Origin: Camelus ferus
Taxonomy: Eukaryota
Length of the DNA stretch: 64,000 bases
Assembly (NCBI RefSeq): GCF_009834535.1
Contig: NC_045697.1
Coordinates: 100,504,001-100,568,000 of the forward strand
Direction of reading: 5' to 3'
Shown here: one piece after another, positions 38,340 to 50,889 of the stretch
How the letters are laid out: each line of letters opens with the position of its first letter
Position numbering within the stretch: the stretch's first letter is position 1
Program-made: the position numbers and the translations under genes
The notes under the pieces: generated by a model
What the model saw: the letters and a program-made list of their open reading frames with translations, nothing else
Database searches by the model: none
Told to the model about the DNA's origin: nothing

Positions 38340-40495
38340 AATTAATTAAATAACAAAATATGACAAACACTGGTGGATGGGGAGAATCTGATTTCCAGAG
38401 CTGCTACATTGTTAGATTCAAATGTCTAGTTCTCAAAAAAAATACCGCAAAGTATACAAAGAACAATAAAGTGTGGTTCATTCAAAGGAAAAACTACATC
38501 AACAGAAACTGTGTCTTAAAAAGACCTGATGGCAGATTTACCAGACAAAGACACAAATGTCTTAAAGATGCTCAGGGAACTAAAGGAATATGTCAAGAAA
38601 ATGATGGCTGAACAAAATAGAAATATCAATAAAGGGACAGAAAATTTTTAAAAGAAACCAAAAAGAATTTCTGGAGCTGAAAAGTAGAATAATTGAAATG
38701 AAAAATTTATTAGGATACAAAGGTAGATTTTGGCAGACAATAGAAAGAATAAGTGAACTTGAAGACAGGACAATGAAAATTATTGAATCTGACAAAGAGA
38801 AAGGAAAAAGATTGAAGAAAGGTAAACAGAGCCTAAGGGACCTGTGGGACACCATCAAGAAGACAGACATATATATCACAGAAGTCCCAGAAGGAGGTGA
38901 GAGAACAATAGAAAAACTCATCCCAAAATTCACATGGAATTTCAAGGGACCCTTAATGGCCAAAGTGATCTGAAAGGAACCAACAAGCTGAAAGACTCAC
39001 ACTTCCTGATTTCAAAACTTACTATGAAGCTACAGTAATCAGGACAGTGTGATACTGGTATAAAAACAGATGTATAGACCAATGGAATAGAATAGAATTT
39101 CCAGAAATAAACACTCATATCTAGTAATATTATTTTTGACAAGGATGTCAAGGCCATTTGATGGGGGGAAGGACAGTCTTCTCCACAAATGGTACTTGAA
39201 AAATTGGATATCCACATGTAAAAGAGTGGAATTGGACCCTTACTTAACACCACATATATCAAAAAGTAACTCCAAATGAATCAAGGCTCTGAATGTAAAA
39301 TATAAAACTCTTAGAAGAAAACATAAGGCAAGAGATTCATGATATTGGATTTGGCAATAATTTTTTGGATATAATACCAAAGGCACGGGCGACAAAAGAA
39401 AAAAAATAGACATATTGGACTTCATGGAAATATGAAAAAATTGTGCATCAAAAGACAGTATCATAGAATTGAAAGGAAACCCACAGAATGGGATAAAATG
39501 TGCAAATCATTTTCTGATAAGAGATTAATATCCAGAATATATAGAGAACTCCTAAAATTCAACAACAAAAAAAGAAACAATCTGATTAAAAAGTGAACAA
39601 AGGACTTAAATAGACATTTCTTCAAAGAAGATATGCAAATAACCAATAAACACATGAAAAGATGCTCAACATCCTTAGTTATTAGAGAATTGCAGGTCAA
39701 AACCACAGAAAGAAAGATACCCTCACAACCCTCACAAGATAGCTACCATCAAAAGAAAAACCTAAACCAAACCAAAACAAACAGAAAATAGCAAGTGTTG
39801 GTGAAGATGTGGAGAAATTGGAATCCCTGTGTACTGTTGGTGAGAATGTAAAATGGTACAGCCACAATGGAAAACAGCATGGCAGCTCCTCAAAAAATTA
39901 AGAAGAATTGCCATATGACCCAGCAATTCCATTTCTGGTTGTTTTACCCAAAATAATTGAAAGCAAGGTCTCAGAAAGATGTGAATACGTACACACCACG
40001 TTCATGGAAGAATTATTCACAATAACTAAAACCTAGAAGTAACCCGTGTTCATCAGCAGTTGAATAGATAAGCAAAATGTGGTATATACATACAATAAAA
40101 TATGATTTAGCCTTAAAAAGGAAGGAAATTCTGACATATGCTGTAAAATGGACAGACCTGAAGAATGTTATGCTAAGTAAAATCAACCAGTCATAAAAAT
40201 CCACCTTGTGCCCTCGTTAATATGAGATACACAGAGTAGTCAAAATTATAGAGACAGAAAGTAAAGTGGTGGTTGCCTTGGCCTGGGGAAAGCAAAATGG
40301 AGAGTTATTGTTTAATGGGTATAGTTTCAATTTTACAAGATGAAAAGGATTATAGTGATGGATAGTGGTGATGGTTCCACAATACTGTGAATGTATTTAA
40401 TACTATTGAACTGTGCCCTTAACATTGTTAAGATGGTAAATTTTATGTTATATATATATATATTACCACAAGAAAAAGAATTAGAAAAAAAAATA
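38340..40495 (+). mobile_element. Old L1 (L1MB-like): ORF1 remnant joined to late ORF2 and 3' UTR
   Basis: ORF1 ERISELEDRTMKIIESDKEK...LRDLWDTIKKTDIYITEVPEG runs directly into late-ORF2 IEKLIPKFTWNFKGP at ~38905; typical 3' UTR to ~40490. Confidence 0.9.
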
Positions 40496-43400
40496 CTGTA
40501 ACGAGTCAAGAGTGAGACCTCAGAAGAAAAGAAAAAAAACATTCTATTTTAGTATCCACAATGGCATTTTTTTCCTGCTTTTTATCAAGTGGCCTTGCAT
40601 TTGTATTTTTCATTGGATCTTGCAAATTATATAGCGAGTCCTGCAATGAAAGTGTTAGTCAGGCATTACAGAAATACCATATGACTGGACCAGCTGAAAT
40701 ATAGTTGAATTAGCCGACAGTCTTCTTCAAGGAGTACAGGCCAATAGGAGCAGTGTTACAAAGCTACAGTGCAGCTGGGCTTGCCGGAGCCTTATGCTGC
40801 AACCACACGAGTATGGTGGGGCCTGGACAGACTTCCTAGCCAACAACATATCTTAAACACTACTCACCACACTAATGAACATTATTTTAGGTTAAATCAC
40901 ATCACATATTTTAGGCTAATTTTAAAACCCTCTGGTATAGATTTTGAGAACAATATTTTGAAAGCAGCAACCTCTGGAGTGGTGCATTTCTGATCAGGGC
41001 ACTTTGAAAGCTAACCAACCAACCCTAGAGTACAGGTTAAAATTCACTTGCCTACATATGTATTTAACCAATTACTCTGACAATATAACATCCAGGCCAG
41101 TCCCCCTTGGGAGATCTAGAACCCTTCCCTTCTGGCCTAACAGGGACTGATTCTCTCCCATTAGTCTTATGTATATTGAAGTCTATCACATCGTTGAAAT
41201 AAAAACTAACCCCCCATCCCCATACGTGGGATGTGTGCACGTACACAGACTCAGAAACACACCTACACGCACCCACATAAGCAGCTGCCTTGACTCCAAG
41301 GTATCATTTTTATTCCCACCAAACCATCTAACCTCTTGGTGCCTTAATTTCCTTACTTATAAAATGAGGACACTAATATTTACACTTGGAGGATTTTTAT
41401 ATTCTCCCCACCGTCAATTTAAATATTACTTCCCCTGCGAAGCTCTCCCTGACTTAGGTGTCCTTCCTATTTCCCTCGTAATACTTTCTCTTGCCTTTCA
41501 CACCACTCATCCCACTCCATTAATGCTTTTCTTGTTTACTTACTTAACACGCTGTAAGCTTGGAGATCAGAAAATTGACATATATTACTAACAACTGTCT
41601 CTCTTGTGCCTGACAGAATGGCTGCCTAATAGGTATTAATTTAATATATTTTGTATTCATTTAGAAATATCTACATGGTCTATAGCTGAATCTGCTGCTA
41701 GATAAAGAAAGTTTCTTACTCAGGCTGCCAATGATCTTTTTTGAAAGATGTAGCACTTATAGCAAGTCACCTTTCTGAACATGTAAGTGCTTATAAGGTT
41801 TAGAGATGCCTTCTGGCTAACTTTGCAAAGGACATTTGCAATATCATATCTATATATCTTCTTTCCATCCATGTTCCACCCACCACTACCCCCTCCCAAG
41901 GAAATACATCAATTTGTTTTCTCTGGATGTCTATGATTGATAGCTACAGCAAGAGACTCTCTGAAGGCTTGGTTGTAGCCGCCAAAATGTCATTCAAGCA
42001 GGACTGATGAAAGCAAGACTGAATATCACTGTTTATTGACTTTAATTGTCCCTGCAAAACCTTCAGATGTTCCCTATGGAAAGATACAGTTATCAGAGTT
42101 TAAAGTTCCTCCAGAAACACTTTATTACTTTTTAAATAAGAATTCATGCATGTTATCAAAATTGCCACACGCACAGATACACACACCCTGCTTATTAATA
42201 CAGTCTTTTAAGATACATTTTGTCCTTTGTGTTCAGTTCAAAGAACAGGAAACTGAGGCTCATCAGGAGGACTTAACCTGAATCTAGAAGTTAGTGAGAA
42301 GAGGGACTGGTGTTAGAGGTCAAGCCCTGGGCCCTTGTACCTAAACAGGATGCTTCCAGGATGAAACAGCCTACTCTCAGTCACTTTATATAGTGTGTCA
42401 TACACATATGAAACTTAACTGAAACTGAAGAATGGGAATTCCCTCAGGATTCTGACTTCCCTTTGGGCTTTCCTACTATTAGACGTCTTGCCCCTTGAGC
42501 TGTAGAATTATCTCTAAAAGGCCAGGGGCGTTGAAATACAAATTCAATGCCAGTCCATCCTTAGACACAGACTTGATGATTAACTCTCACAGAAATCACT
42601 GAAATATAACATTAGACTTTATTGTTTCAGAGTGCTAAAAAGAATTTGTATTTTGGAGTTCATCATGAAGTACTGAATATTCTTTGTGGTCAAAGGGCAG
42701 AGTTGATTTTCCTTGGTATCCTCCGTGCCGCAAACTGCACCTGGCAGATAAAGGGGGAAGGCTGGCTAGCCTGCTCTAGCCTTCGGAAGCTCACTCTGAC
42801 AAATCCATCTCTTAATGAGAGGCAGTGCAGATAGCTGTTAAGTGGACCCTGAAACCGAGTTATCTAACTTGAAAGTCCAGACTTGACAATTCTCATCCAT
42901 GTGACATTGGGCAAGTTACTTACTTTCCTGAATGTCTATAAAGTGGTTTTAATATCATCAGCAGCATCACAGGGTTATATCATTGTAAGGAGTAAATGAC
43001 TTATATGTGCTTAGAATTAAGTGCCTGGCACTTAACAAGCCCTGTATGTGTTTGCAGTTATTACAAACATGGGTCCTAAGGTCATAACTGTGGATGTCAA
43101 CCACAGTTTAACACATACTACATGTAAAGGATTAAGTGAGTTCATAGATACAACACGCACATTTATAACAAAGATATACATATGGAGCTTATCACTATAA
43201 AGAACTTTAATGAAATTACTTTGTGATTATCTGCCCTTTTTAAAATTGCTTCCCTCCTGCCCCTACCAAAGAAAACTGGTCAGTAGACACTTATTGCTAA
43301 GTTCTCATTATCTATTGTAATGTTTAATTGATCAAGCCAAAATAAGCATTGGTAAAGTAATATTCTGACATTCTGAAAGGGAGATGGGTTTCATGATTCA

Positions 43401-43665
43401 TATAGGTTGTGCATATACATTTTACAATGACAGCAATAGTTAGGGAGAGATTGCCCGGCCCAGATATCTCTTGAAACAATCCTAGGAGAAGATCTTCATT
43501 CAAACAAGAGACATTGATTACGACTGATGTTGTAATGGAATTACAATGCTGTTATGGAATATATGGTAACTTAAGCGTAAACTATAAATACCTATCAGGT
43601 ACCAATATACAAAATTTTAAAACAATGAATGGAATGATATAGAAAAAGCTGGTGAAAACCCTTAC

Positions 43666-43800
43666 CCTGCAGTATGGACTTTTCTCACCTGATCTAGCTT
43701 TTTCTACTTTTCTTATGTTGGTCCCCCATTGGCCATGTCCTGTAGTGGTACCTTTTGGAACACTACTTCCTCCTCTCAGGGTTCTTATTTCCATTTGGGG
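43666..43800 (-). pseudogene. Possible exon remnant, HormR N-terminal half
   Basis: CSKRYHYRTWP (C-x-TWP pattern) upstream of a cagg|gtaagg donor; acceptor not defined. Confidence 0.25.
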
Positions 43801-44714
43801 AAAGTTCTTAAGTCATATGTATGTAATTGCTCAAAAAGCTCTGTATGTGTGAAGTTATGGCCAACTAAGCCTCTGGACGCAGTTTGTGCAGTAAGCTGGG
43901 CCCCCGGGTCTGTTCCAGGCTGCCGCCCTTCCCACCTACCTGAACCCAGTGGTTTGGTGTGCGCTGAGCTGGTCTGGAAGGCGCTCTCTGGTCCTTTGCT
44001 GGAAAGACGGGCTTCCCGGTTGAGATGTAAGCTGAAACCAAGCTGCAGGCTCCCTTTAGACAGAAGCGTGGGTGCCAGGATGCACTTAACGTGACTTCAT
44101 ACTCTGCCCACTCCAGACTGCAGCACTCTAAGAGAGTTAAGCGTTTCCCCATGTTCTGGTCAATGTCAATGTGCTTCTCTTGAGTTAACTTGCCATTTGA
44201 AAGAGGAGCATTTCCTTCTCGAAAGAGAGACGTCAACTGATGCACTATATTCTCAGAGTTTTGAGTTTTTTCCCCTTTGGAAATTGAGATGTCATTTGTA
44301 ACCTATAATAAATTTTAATATTCTGAACTGTATAACATGCTGAAATTGTCACCATTCCTATCAACAAGCATGCAAAACACATCAGTGGAAAATTAAGAAA
44401 AAGTGAAATTATTCCCACGGACAAAGATGAGGTCACAGAAAGTCTCACAAAGTCAGGAAGAGTATTCAGGGAATGATAAGCACATAGAATCTCAAACAAT
44501 TCACTAAAACTGCTACACTTTTTTTCACAGTGGGAAAAAAAAGTATGTAGATGAAATAATGTGACCCTTTGCTATTGAGTTAAACTGAACAGGAAGCATG
44601 TTTACAGAGTTAATTCATATAATCACAAATTCACCACTAGAAGAATTTTTAAAAATATTTTTATTCTTTATGTGAAAGATGTGTTCCTTCAAACCTTTAA
44701 TCAAGCTCAATAAA

Positions 44715-44856
44715 TCATTTCATCAACATACTATAACATATGCCATCACGATATAACGTCTCATAGATCATTCTACTGACAGCTCTCCATAAACCACAGA
44801 ATAAGTGGAAATAAATCACATTGTCTTCTATTTTGCCTTGCAAGTAAACGTGAATC
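44715..44856 (-). pseudogene. Possible exon remnant (SEA C-terminal half?)
   Basis: Pyrimidine tract with weak GAG acceptor; IHVYLQGKIEDNVIYFHLFCGLWRAVSRMIYETLY. Supported mainly by position. Confidence 0.25.
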
Positions 44857-46369
44857 CTCATAGAAAAGAATACAAAAGGAAAACCACAATTTGTGGATAA
44901 AATGTAAAGCATCATTGAAGACTTCAATTAAAGTTAAGTACTTCATGTGAGAACAGAGCCCATCAAAGTAATGTTTATTCCACTTTAAAGATGTACAGGA
45001 TCATTTGTGATTACACATTCCAGTTCCGCAGCTGTCTGGATGCTATAGTGAAGGTGGTTAAAAGAGAATAACGTAGTAAAACCTCATGCCAGGCAGTCCT
45101 GCACAGTGCTGCAAAATTAATCTTCTTCCAAAAGCTAGCTCTGATCACACCATTCCCTTGCCCCAAAATCTTAACTATTTACCATTTGCCTAAAGAATGA
45201 AGTTTCACTGTGTAGCTGTTCTCTGACACCTTATGCTCCAGACAAACTTCATTATACCTTTAACTTCCCACTCTGTGCCTCTGTCCACAGTCCTCTCTGC
45301 TAACAATTTCTTTCCCATCTTTACGTGTTCAAATCCTAGATAACTTTTAGGGCTTGATCAAATGCCAAATTGTTATGAATCTTTCTTTCCATACAGTTCT
45401 TCCAAACCCCTGCCTAGGATAAATACTTTCTATCCTAAATTACAATTACTTTCATATATGACTTTACTTCTTTATAAAACCATAAGCCCTATGAAAGCAG
45501 AATCCAGAAATGAATTTTAGAATGCCTTAGAATGCATTGGATGGAGTAGCCTCTGACTGACATTACGTGATGTATCTTTGGGATTAAAAGCAGTTGATTC
45601 TCATTTATGTGATTCTTTCCTTTCATGCTTTCTTGTATCTGATGCTCATAGAGATAGAGGGTGGGGCAAAGGAGGAAATACTCAAAAGCAGTGAGTTCAC
45701 TCTGGTTTCTTTTTTAGGAAAAAAAAAAGTGACCTACCTTTTTATCTTCCCAAAAAGTACCTAACTACTTATTTACTTACACACATTTCAAATTTTAAAT
45801 TAGTCATTTAAACCCCAGAAATAAATGAGTCAAAGCAAGGCAAAATGTCAAATAAACCTCGGTTAGAAACAATACAGAAAATTTCCTTTAAGTGGAAGGG
45901 AAATAAAAATGCAAATGGAGCGTATGACTTATGTCCTCAATATGTGAACATACAGTTAAAACAGAAGGCTTGCCAAGTTGAATGAATTCTCACAATTCCC
46001 ATTAAAAAGCCCCATCTTCCTTAATGTTGAAAAAAAGACACATTTTAAAGTATTGCAAATGTATAAAATTAGAGAGGATCTGATATTTAGTTCAAACAGT
46101 CAGTAAAATTCATACCAAAATAAAATTGGAAACAGTAATTATATACATAGCTCCATATTTTGGAGGGAGGTCACACTTTAGAGTTCAGAATAAAGGTAAA
46201 TCCTAGACTCCCTAAGCAGATACTTTTTCCCCCCTTAATTTAAAAAAAGAAATTTGTCAACCTGCTTCATACATCAGCTTCAATAAATTACAGCACAGAA
46301 AAATTTCACTCAGATTGAAAACAGAGTGAAGTTAACTGGACAGACCATGTCTTGTCTTCAAATACTCAC

Positions 46370-46569
46370 CTCCAGCATCAGATATTGAAAAAAAAAAAAA
46401 AAAAAAAAAAAAAAAGAAAGACTTTCAGTACCTTGACATTGATGAAGGCAGAATTTGTTCTGGTGAGTTTTTCTTCCCTTTCAATCTTTTGGGAGAACAT
46501 TTTCAATTATTTTAAGCCAGCAGAATAATAAAATCCCCAAAGTTTTACTATCCACTTTTCCCCAGAGTA
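46370..46569 (-). pseudogene. Exon remnant, SEA-like N-terminal half
   Basis: ttaacag acceptor and strong gag|gtgagt donor. One frame gives YSGEKWIVKLWGFYYSAGLK*LKMFSQKIEREEKLTRTNSAFINVKVLKVF, resembling SEA 'Ys.eL...ie..l...F..v.Vl.F'. Disrupted by a long T run near the 3' end. Confidence 0.55.
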
Positions 46570-47326
46570 CTGTTAAATTAATGTGTGAAAGCCTAGAAAA
46601 TTTAAGGGATCTGTCTTAGAATTGAATGACTATGAAATTTGGACCCTCTCTGGCACATTAAATGCCCAAGGATATCTGTTTGACTCTCATTTTAATAGTA
46701 ACTCTCACTTGACCTAAACTCATGCCCTATGTAATGGACAATATCATGGGCAGGGCTTGCAGTAAATTTCATTCATGAAAGTGGTAATAGCATGTTCTAA
46801 ATTTTTAAAGTGTGGGGATTCATATTTTATTCTTTTTTTTTTTTGTACTTGAATCTGTACAACATGATTAGTATCAATTCAACCAAATGTTGCCTTTGAC
46901 TCTGTTTTGCCATCTGATCACAAATTGCTTGTATTCTGTCAATAATGTTTTCATTAATCTATCCACGCTCTACATACTCTCTCATTGCCTCTGATCCCAC
47001 TTTAACTAGGTTCCCATCTGCTATCACTCAAATGAACCGCTTCCCTCAAGGGCCACTGATGATGTACTAAATCCCACACTCTCTTCTTAGCCATTCTCCT
47101 TGGCCTCTCAGCAGCACTTGGATCGTTAGCCACCTTCTATTTCCTGAAACTCTCTCTTTTTCTATGAATCTGATTACTCCTATGTATCTTCCATGATTCT
47201 TCTCCTGTATCTGATCACACTTTCCTATTTCACTTTACTAACTAGAACTTCTAATCCCTGAGTATTGGCATTTCTCTGGGTTTTCATCTTGGCCCCTTCC
47301 TTTCTATTCCTTATTTCCTTGAGTGA

Positions 47327-47800
47327 TGTTAAAGACAAAACAGAGCTGAACAGTAGTTAGGGCAATAAAACCAGAGTTTATTGAGTAACTATTGTAATAT
47401 GAGAAAAGAAACTTCACTGTAGAACGGGGCTCAATTCTGAATACAGCATGGACAAGTGGGAATTTATGGCCAAGGAACAGGACAGGGGTCTGTGGTTAGA
47501 AAATTAGTAAGAGGAAACACCAGGAGTAAGGGGGGATTCCGGCTAACCAGACTTCACGGGATTCTTATTGAAAGCCAGCTGGGGTGACCAGATATCAAAC
47601 TGGGGGATAAAGGCTTTTATCAGGTGTCAAGAGAGATCAGATACCAAGGGTCGGGGATTCCCTCTAAACTGACTTAACAAAATTATTGCTAAAACTGGGG
47701 AATGCAGGCCCGACGAGGGTGGCCACTCGAGCCCAAGGTTGAAGTCTAGAGGGCTTAGAGGAGCCTGACTAAAGGGTAGTCAGAGAGACAGTCTTTATCA
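47327..47800 (-). mobile_element. ERV1-class solo LTR, 474 bp, 4-bp TSD, inside an L2-like fragment
   Basis: TG...CA termini; TSD GTGA at 47323-47326 and 47801-47804; minus-strand AATAAA near 47378. Confidence 0.85.
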
Positions 47801-48021
47801 GTGATGCCCTTCTCAGTGATGAAGGCAAGTACATCTCAGTGCTGTACCAATATACGAATTTCCATTTCTAAATGTATCCTGAATGTGTCCACCTCGATGT
47901 TCTGCAGACCTCTCAAGACTAATAGGCCCCAAGTGAGTGACTGTCCTCTTCTACAAACCTGCTTTTCCTCATTAGATATTGCCCGTTTTATTCATGGCCT
48001 CATCTGCTCTTTCACTTACAC

Positions 48022-49476
48022 ATTTTTCATTGAAGTATACTTGATGTATAGTATTACATAATTTATAGGCGTACGATATAGTTATTCACAATTTTTGAAG
48101 GTTATACTCCATTTATAACTATTATAAAATACTGACTATATTTTCTGTGTTGTACAATATATTCTTTTTCCCACTTTTTATATATATTTTATGGAAGTAT
48201 AGTCAGTTTATAATACAATGTATCCTTCTAGCTTATTTTATGAATAATAGTTTGTACCTGTTAATCCCCTGCCCCTATATTGACCCTCCCCTCTTCCCTC
48301 TCCCCACTGGTAACCACTAGTTTGTTCTCTACCTCTGTGAGTCTGCTTCTGTTTTGTTATATTCACTAGTTTGTTGTATTTTTTTAGATTCCACATATAA
48401 GTGATATCATACAGTATTTCTATTTCTCTGTCTGACTTATTTCATTTAGCATAATACCCTCCAAGTCCATGCATGTTGTTGCAAATGGCAAAATTTCATT
48501 CTTTTTATGGCTGAGTAGTATTCCACATCTTCCTAATTCATTCATCCATTGAGGGACACTTAGCTTGCTTCCATGTCTTGGCAATTGTAAATAATGCTGC
48601 TATGAATATTAGAGTGCATGTATCTTTTCCATTTAGTGTTTTCGGGTTTTTTGGATATATACCCAGGAGTGGAATTGTTGGATCATATAGTAGTTCTATT
48701 TTTAGTTTTTGAGAAACCTCCAACTGTTTTCCACAGTGGCTGCATCAATTTACATTCCCACCAACAGTGTATGACGGTTCCCTTTTCTCCACATCCTCAC
48801 CAATATTTGTTATTTGTGTTCTTTTTTATGATAGCTATTCTGACAGGTGTGAGGTGATATCTCATTGTGGTTTTGATTTCTGTTTCCCTCATGGTTAATG
48901 ATGTTGAGCATATTTTCACGTGCCTGTTGGCCATCTGCATTTCCCCTTTGGAAAAATGTCTATTCAGTTCTTCTGCCCATGTTTTAATCAGGTTATTTGT
49001 TTTTTATTGATGTTGATTTGTATGGGTTGTTTATATATGTTGGATATTGTTAAACTTGCCCTACTTCCCAAGGCAATCTACAGATTCAATGCAACCCCTA
49101 TCAAAATACCAGTGACATTTTTCACAGTAAATTTGTATGGAAACACAAAGGACCCCAAATAGCCAAAACAATAATGAGGAAGAAGAATAGAGCTAGAGGA
49201 ATCATGCTCCCTGACTTCAGACCAAACTACAAAGTTAGTCGTCAAAAGAGTATGGTACTGGCACAAAAACAAACACATAAATCAATGGAACAGAATAGAG
49301 AGTCCAGAATTAAACCTACACAGTTATGGTCAATTACTCTATAACAAAGGAGGCAAGAATATACAATGGAGAAAAAACAGTATCTTCAGTAAGTGGTGCT
49401 GGGAAAACTGGACAGCTATGTGTAAAGAATGAAATTAGAACATTCTCTAACATCATATACAAAAATAAGCTCAAAT
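48022..49476 (-). mobile_element. L1 with 5' inversion (twin-priming architecture)
   Basis: Minus-strand ORF2 end plus 3' UTR at 48022-49048; plus-strand earlier ORF2 piece ([15 protein letters not shown]...TKISSN) at 49049-49476. Confidence 0.85.
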
Positions 49477-50405
49477 ATATATGAAAAGATGTTCTGCATC
49501 ATCTGTCAGTAGGGGAATACAAATGAAAACAATGAAATACCACTACACACCTATCAGAATGGCCAAAATCTGAAACACTGACAGAATATGACAAGGTTGT
49601 GGAACAACAGGCATTCTCATTTATTGTTAGTGGGAATGCAAACTGGTACAGCCACTTTGGAAGACACATTGGTTCTTTACAGAGCTAAACATACTCGTCA
49701 TATGATCAACCAACCGTGCTCCTTGGTGTTTACCCAAAGGAGCTGGAAACTTAGGTCCACACAAAAGCTTACTCATGGATGTTTGAACCAGCTTTATAAG
49801 TAATTTTCAAAGCTTGGAAGCAACCAATGTCCTTCAATAAGTGAGTGGAAAAATAAACCATGATACATTCAGACAATGGCATATTATTCAGCACTAAAAA
49901 GAAATGAACTATCAAACCATGAAAAGACACGAGGGAACCCTAAATGCATAAGCACAAGAAGTCATCTGAAGAAAGCTACATACTGTATGATTCTAACTAT
50001 ATAGCTTTCTAGAAAAGGCAAAATTACGGAGATAGGGAAAAGGTCAGTGGTTTCCAAGGGCTTAATATAGTTAAATAGGCAGAGCACGGAGAGTTTTTAG
50101 GTCAGTGAAGCTATTCTGTCTCTATGTTCTATTATATGATGCTGTAATGGTGGATACATGTCATTATACATTTATCCAAACTCATGGAAAGTACAACACC
50201 AAGACTGAACCCTGATGCAAACTGTAGACTTTGGGTGATAATGTTGTATCAAAGTAGGTTTATGGATGCCAACGAATGTGTACCTCTGGTGTCGGGTGTT
50301 GGTGTGGTGGGTAGGAAGTATTTTGCAGCTCTCTGTCCTTTCTACTTAGTTTTGCTATGAACTCTAAAAAATTAACTTCATTCCAAAAAAAAAAAAAAAT
50401 TAAAA
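49477..50405 (+). mobile_element. Older L1 (L1MC/MD-like) 3' end
   Basis: atgaaaagatg...ccactacacacctatcagaatggcc...gtggatacatgtcattatacattt...gaactctaaaaa plus A tail. Confidence 0.85.
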
Positions 50406-50796
50406 ACCAAAAAACACATGGGCACCCCTTTTACCTGCCTTCACCTCTTACTCCTGGTAGCTGCACCAGCCACGGGGATATCCAGTCCAACACCTTGTCC
50501 GTCTTCTTCTCCACTTCTGATAAAACTGAGAACTTGTCCTGCCTCCTTTTGAAGACTTGTTCTTCCATAGCTGCTCAAGGTCCTGGCAGCCTTGTCTATC
50601 ACCAGTGTAAGGATTTTGTCCACTAATCACCACCTCTCTTCTGGACCTTAAATGTATTCCTCACTATTGCATTGTTACCATCATCATAAAAAGACATTCC
50701 TTAATCCTGCATTTCCCTCCAGGTTCTAGCCTATTTCTTTTTTCTTCCTCACAACCAAACTTTTTGACTTGTTTTTTTTTTTTAAAAACAAACTCC

Positions 50797-50889
50797 GGCA
50801 TAGGGTATAGCTCAGTGATATAGCACATGCTTAGCTTGCACGAGACCCTGGGTTTAATCCCTAGTACCTCCATTTAAAATAAATAAAAA
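50797..50889 (+). mobile_element. tRNA-derived camelid SINE, short or diverged copy
   Basis: agggtatagctcagtgatatagcacatgcttagcttgcacgagaccctgggtttaatccctagtacctcc plus A-rich tail. Confidence 0.85.

Noticed and set aside
43865..44245. 126-aa minus-strand ORF with a cag|gtaggt donor
   Set aside because: No recognisable motif; may be part of the relic but unsupported.
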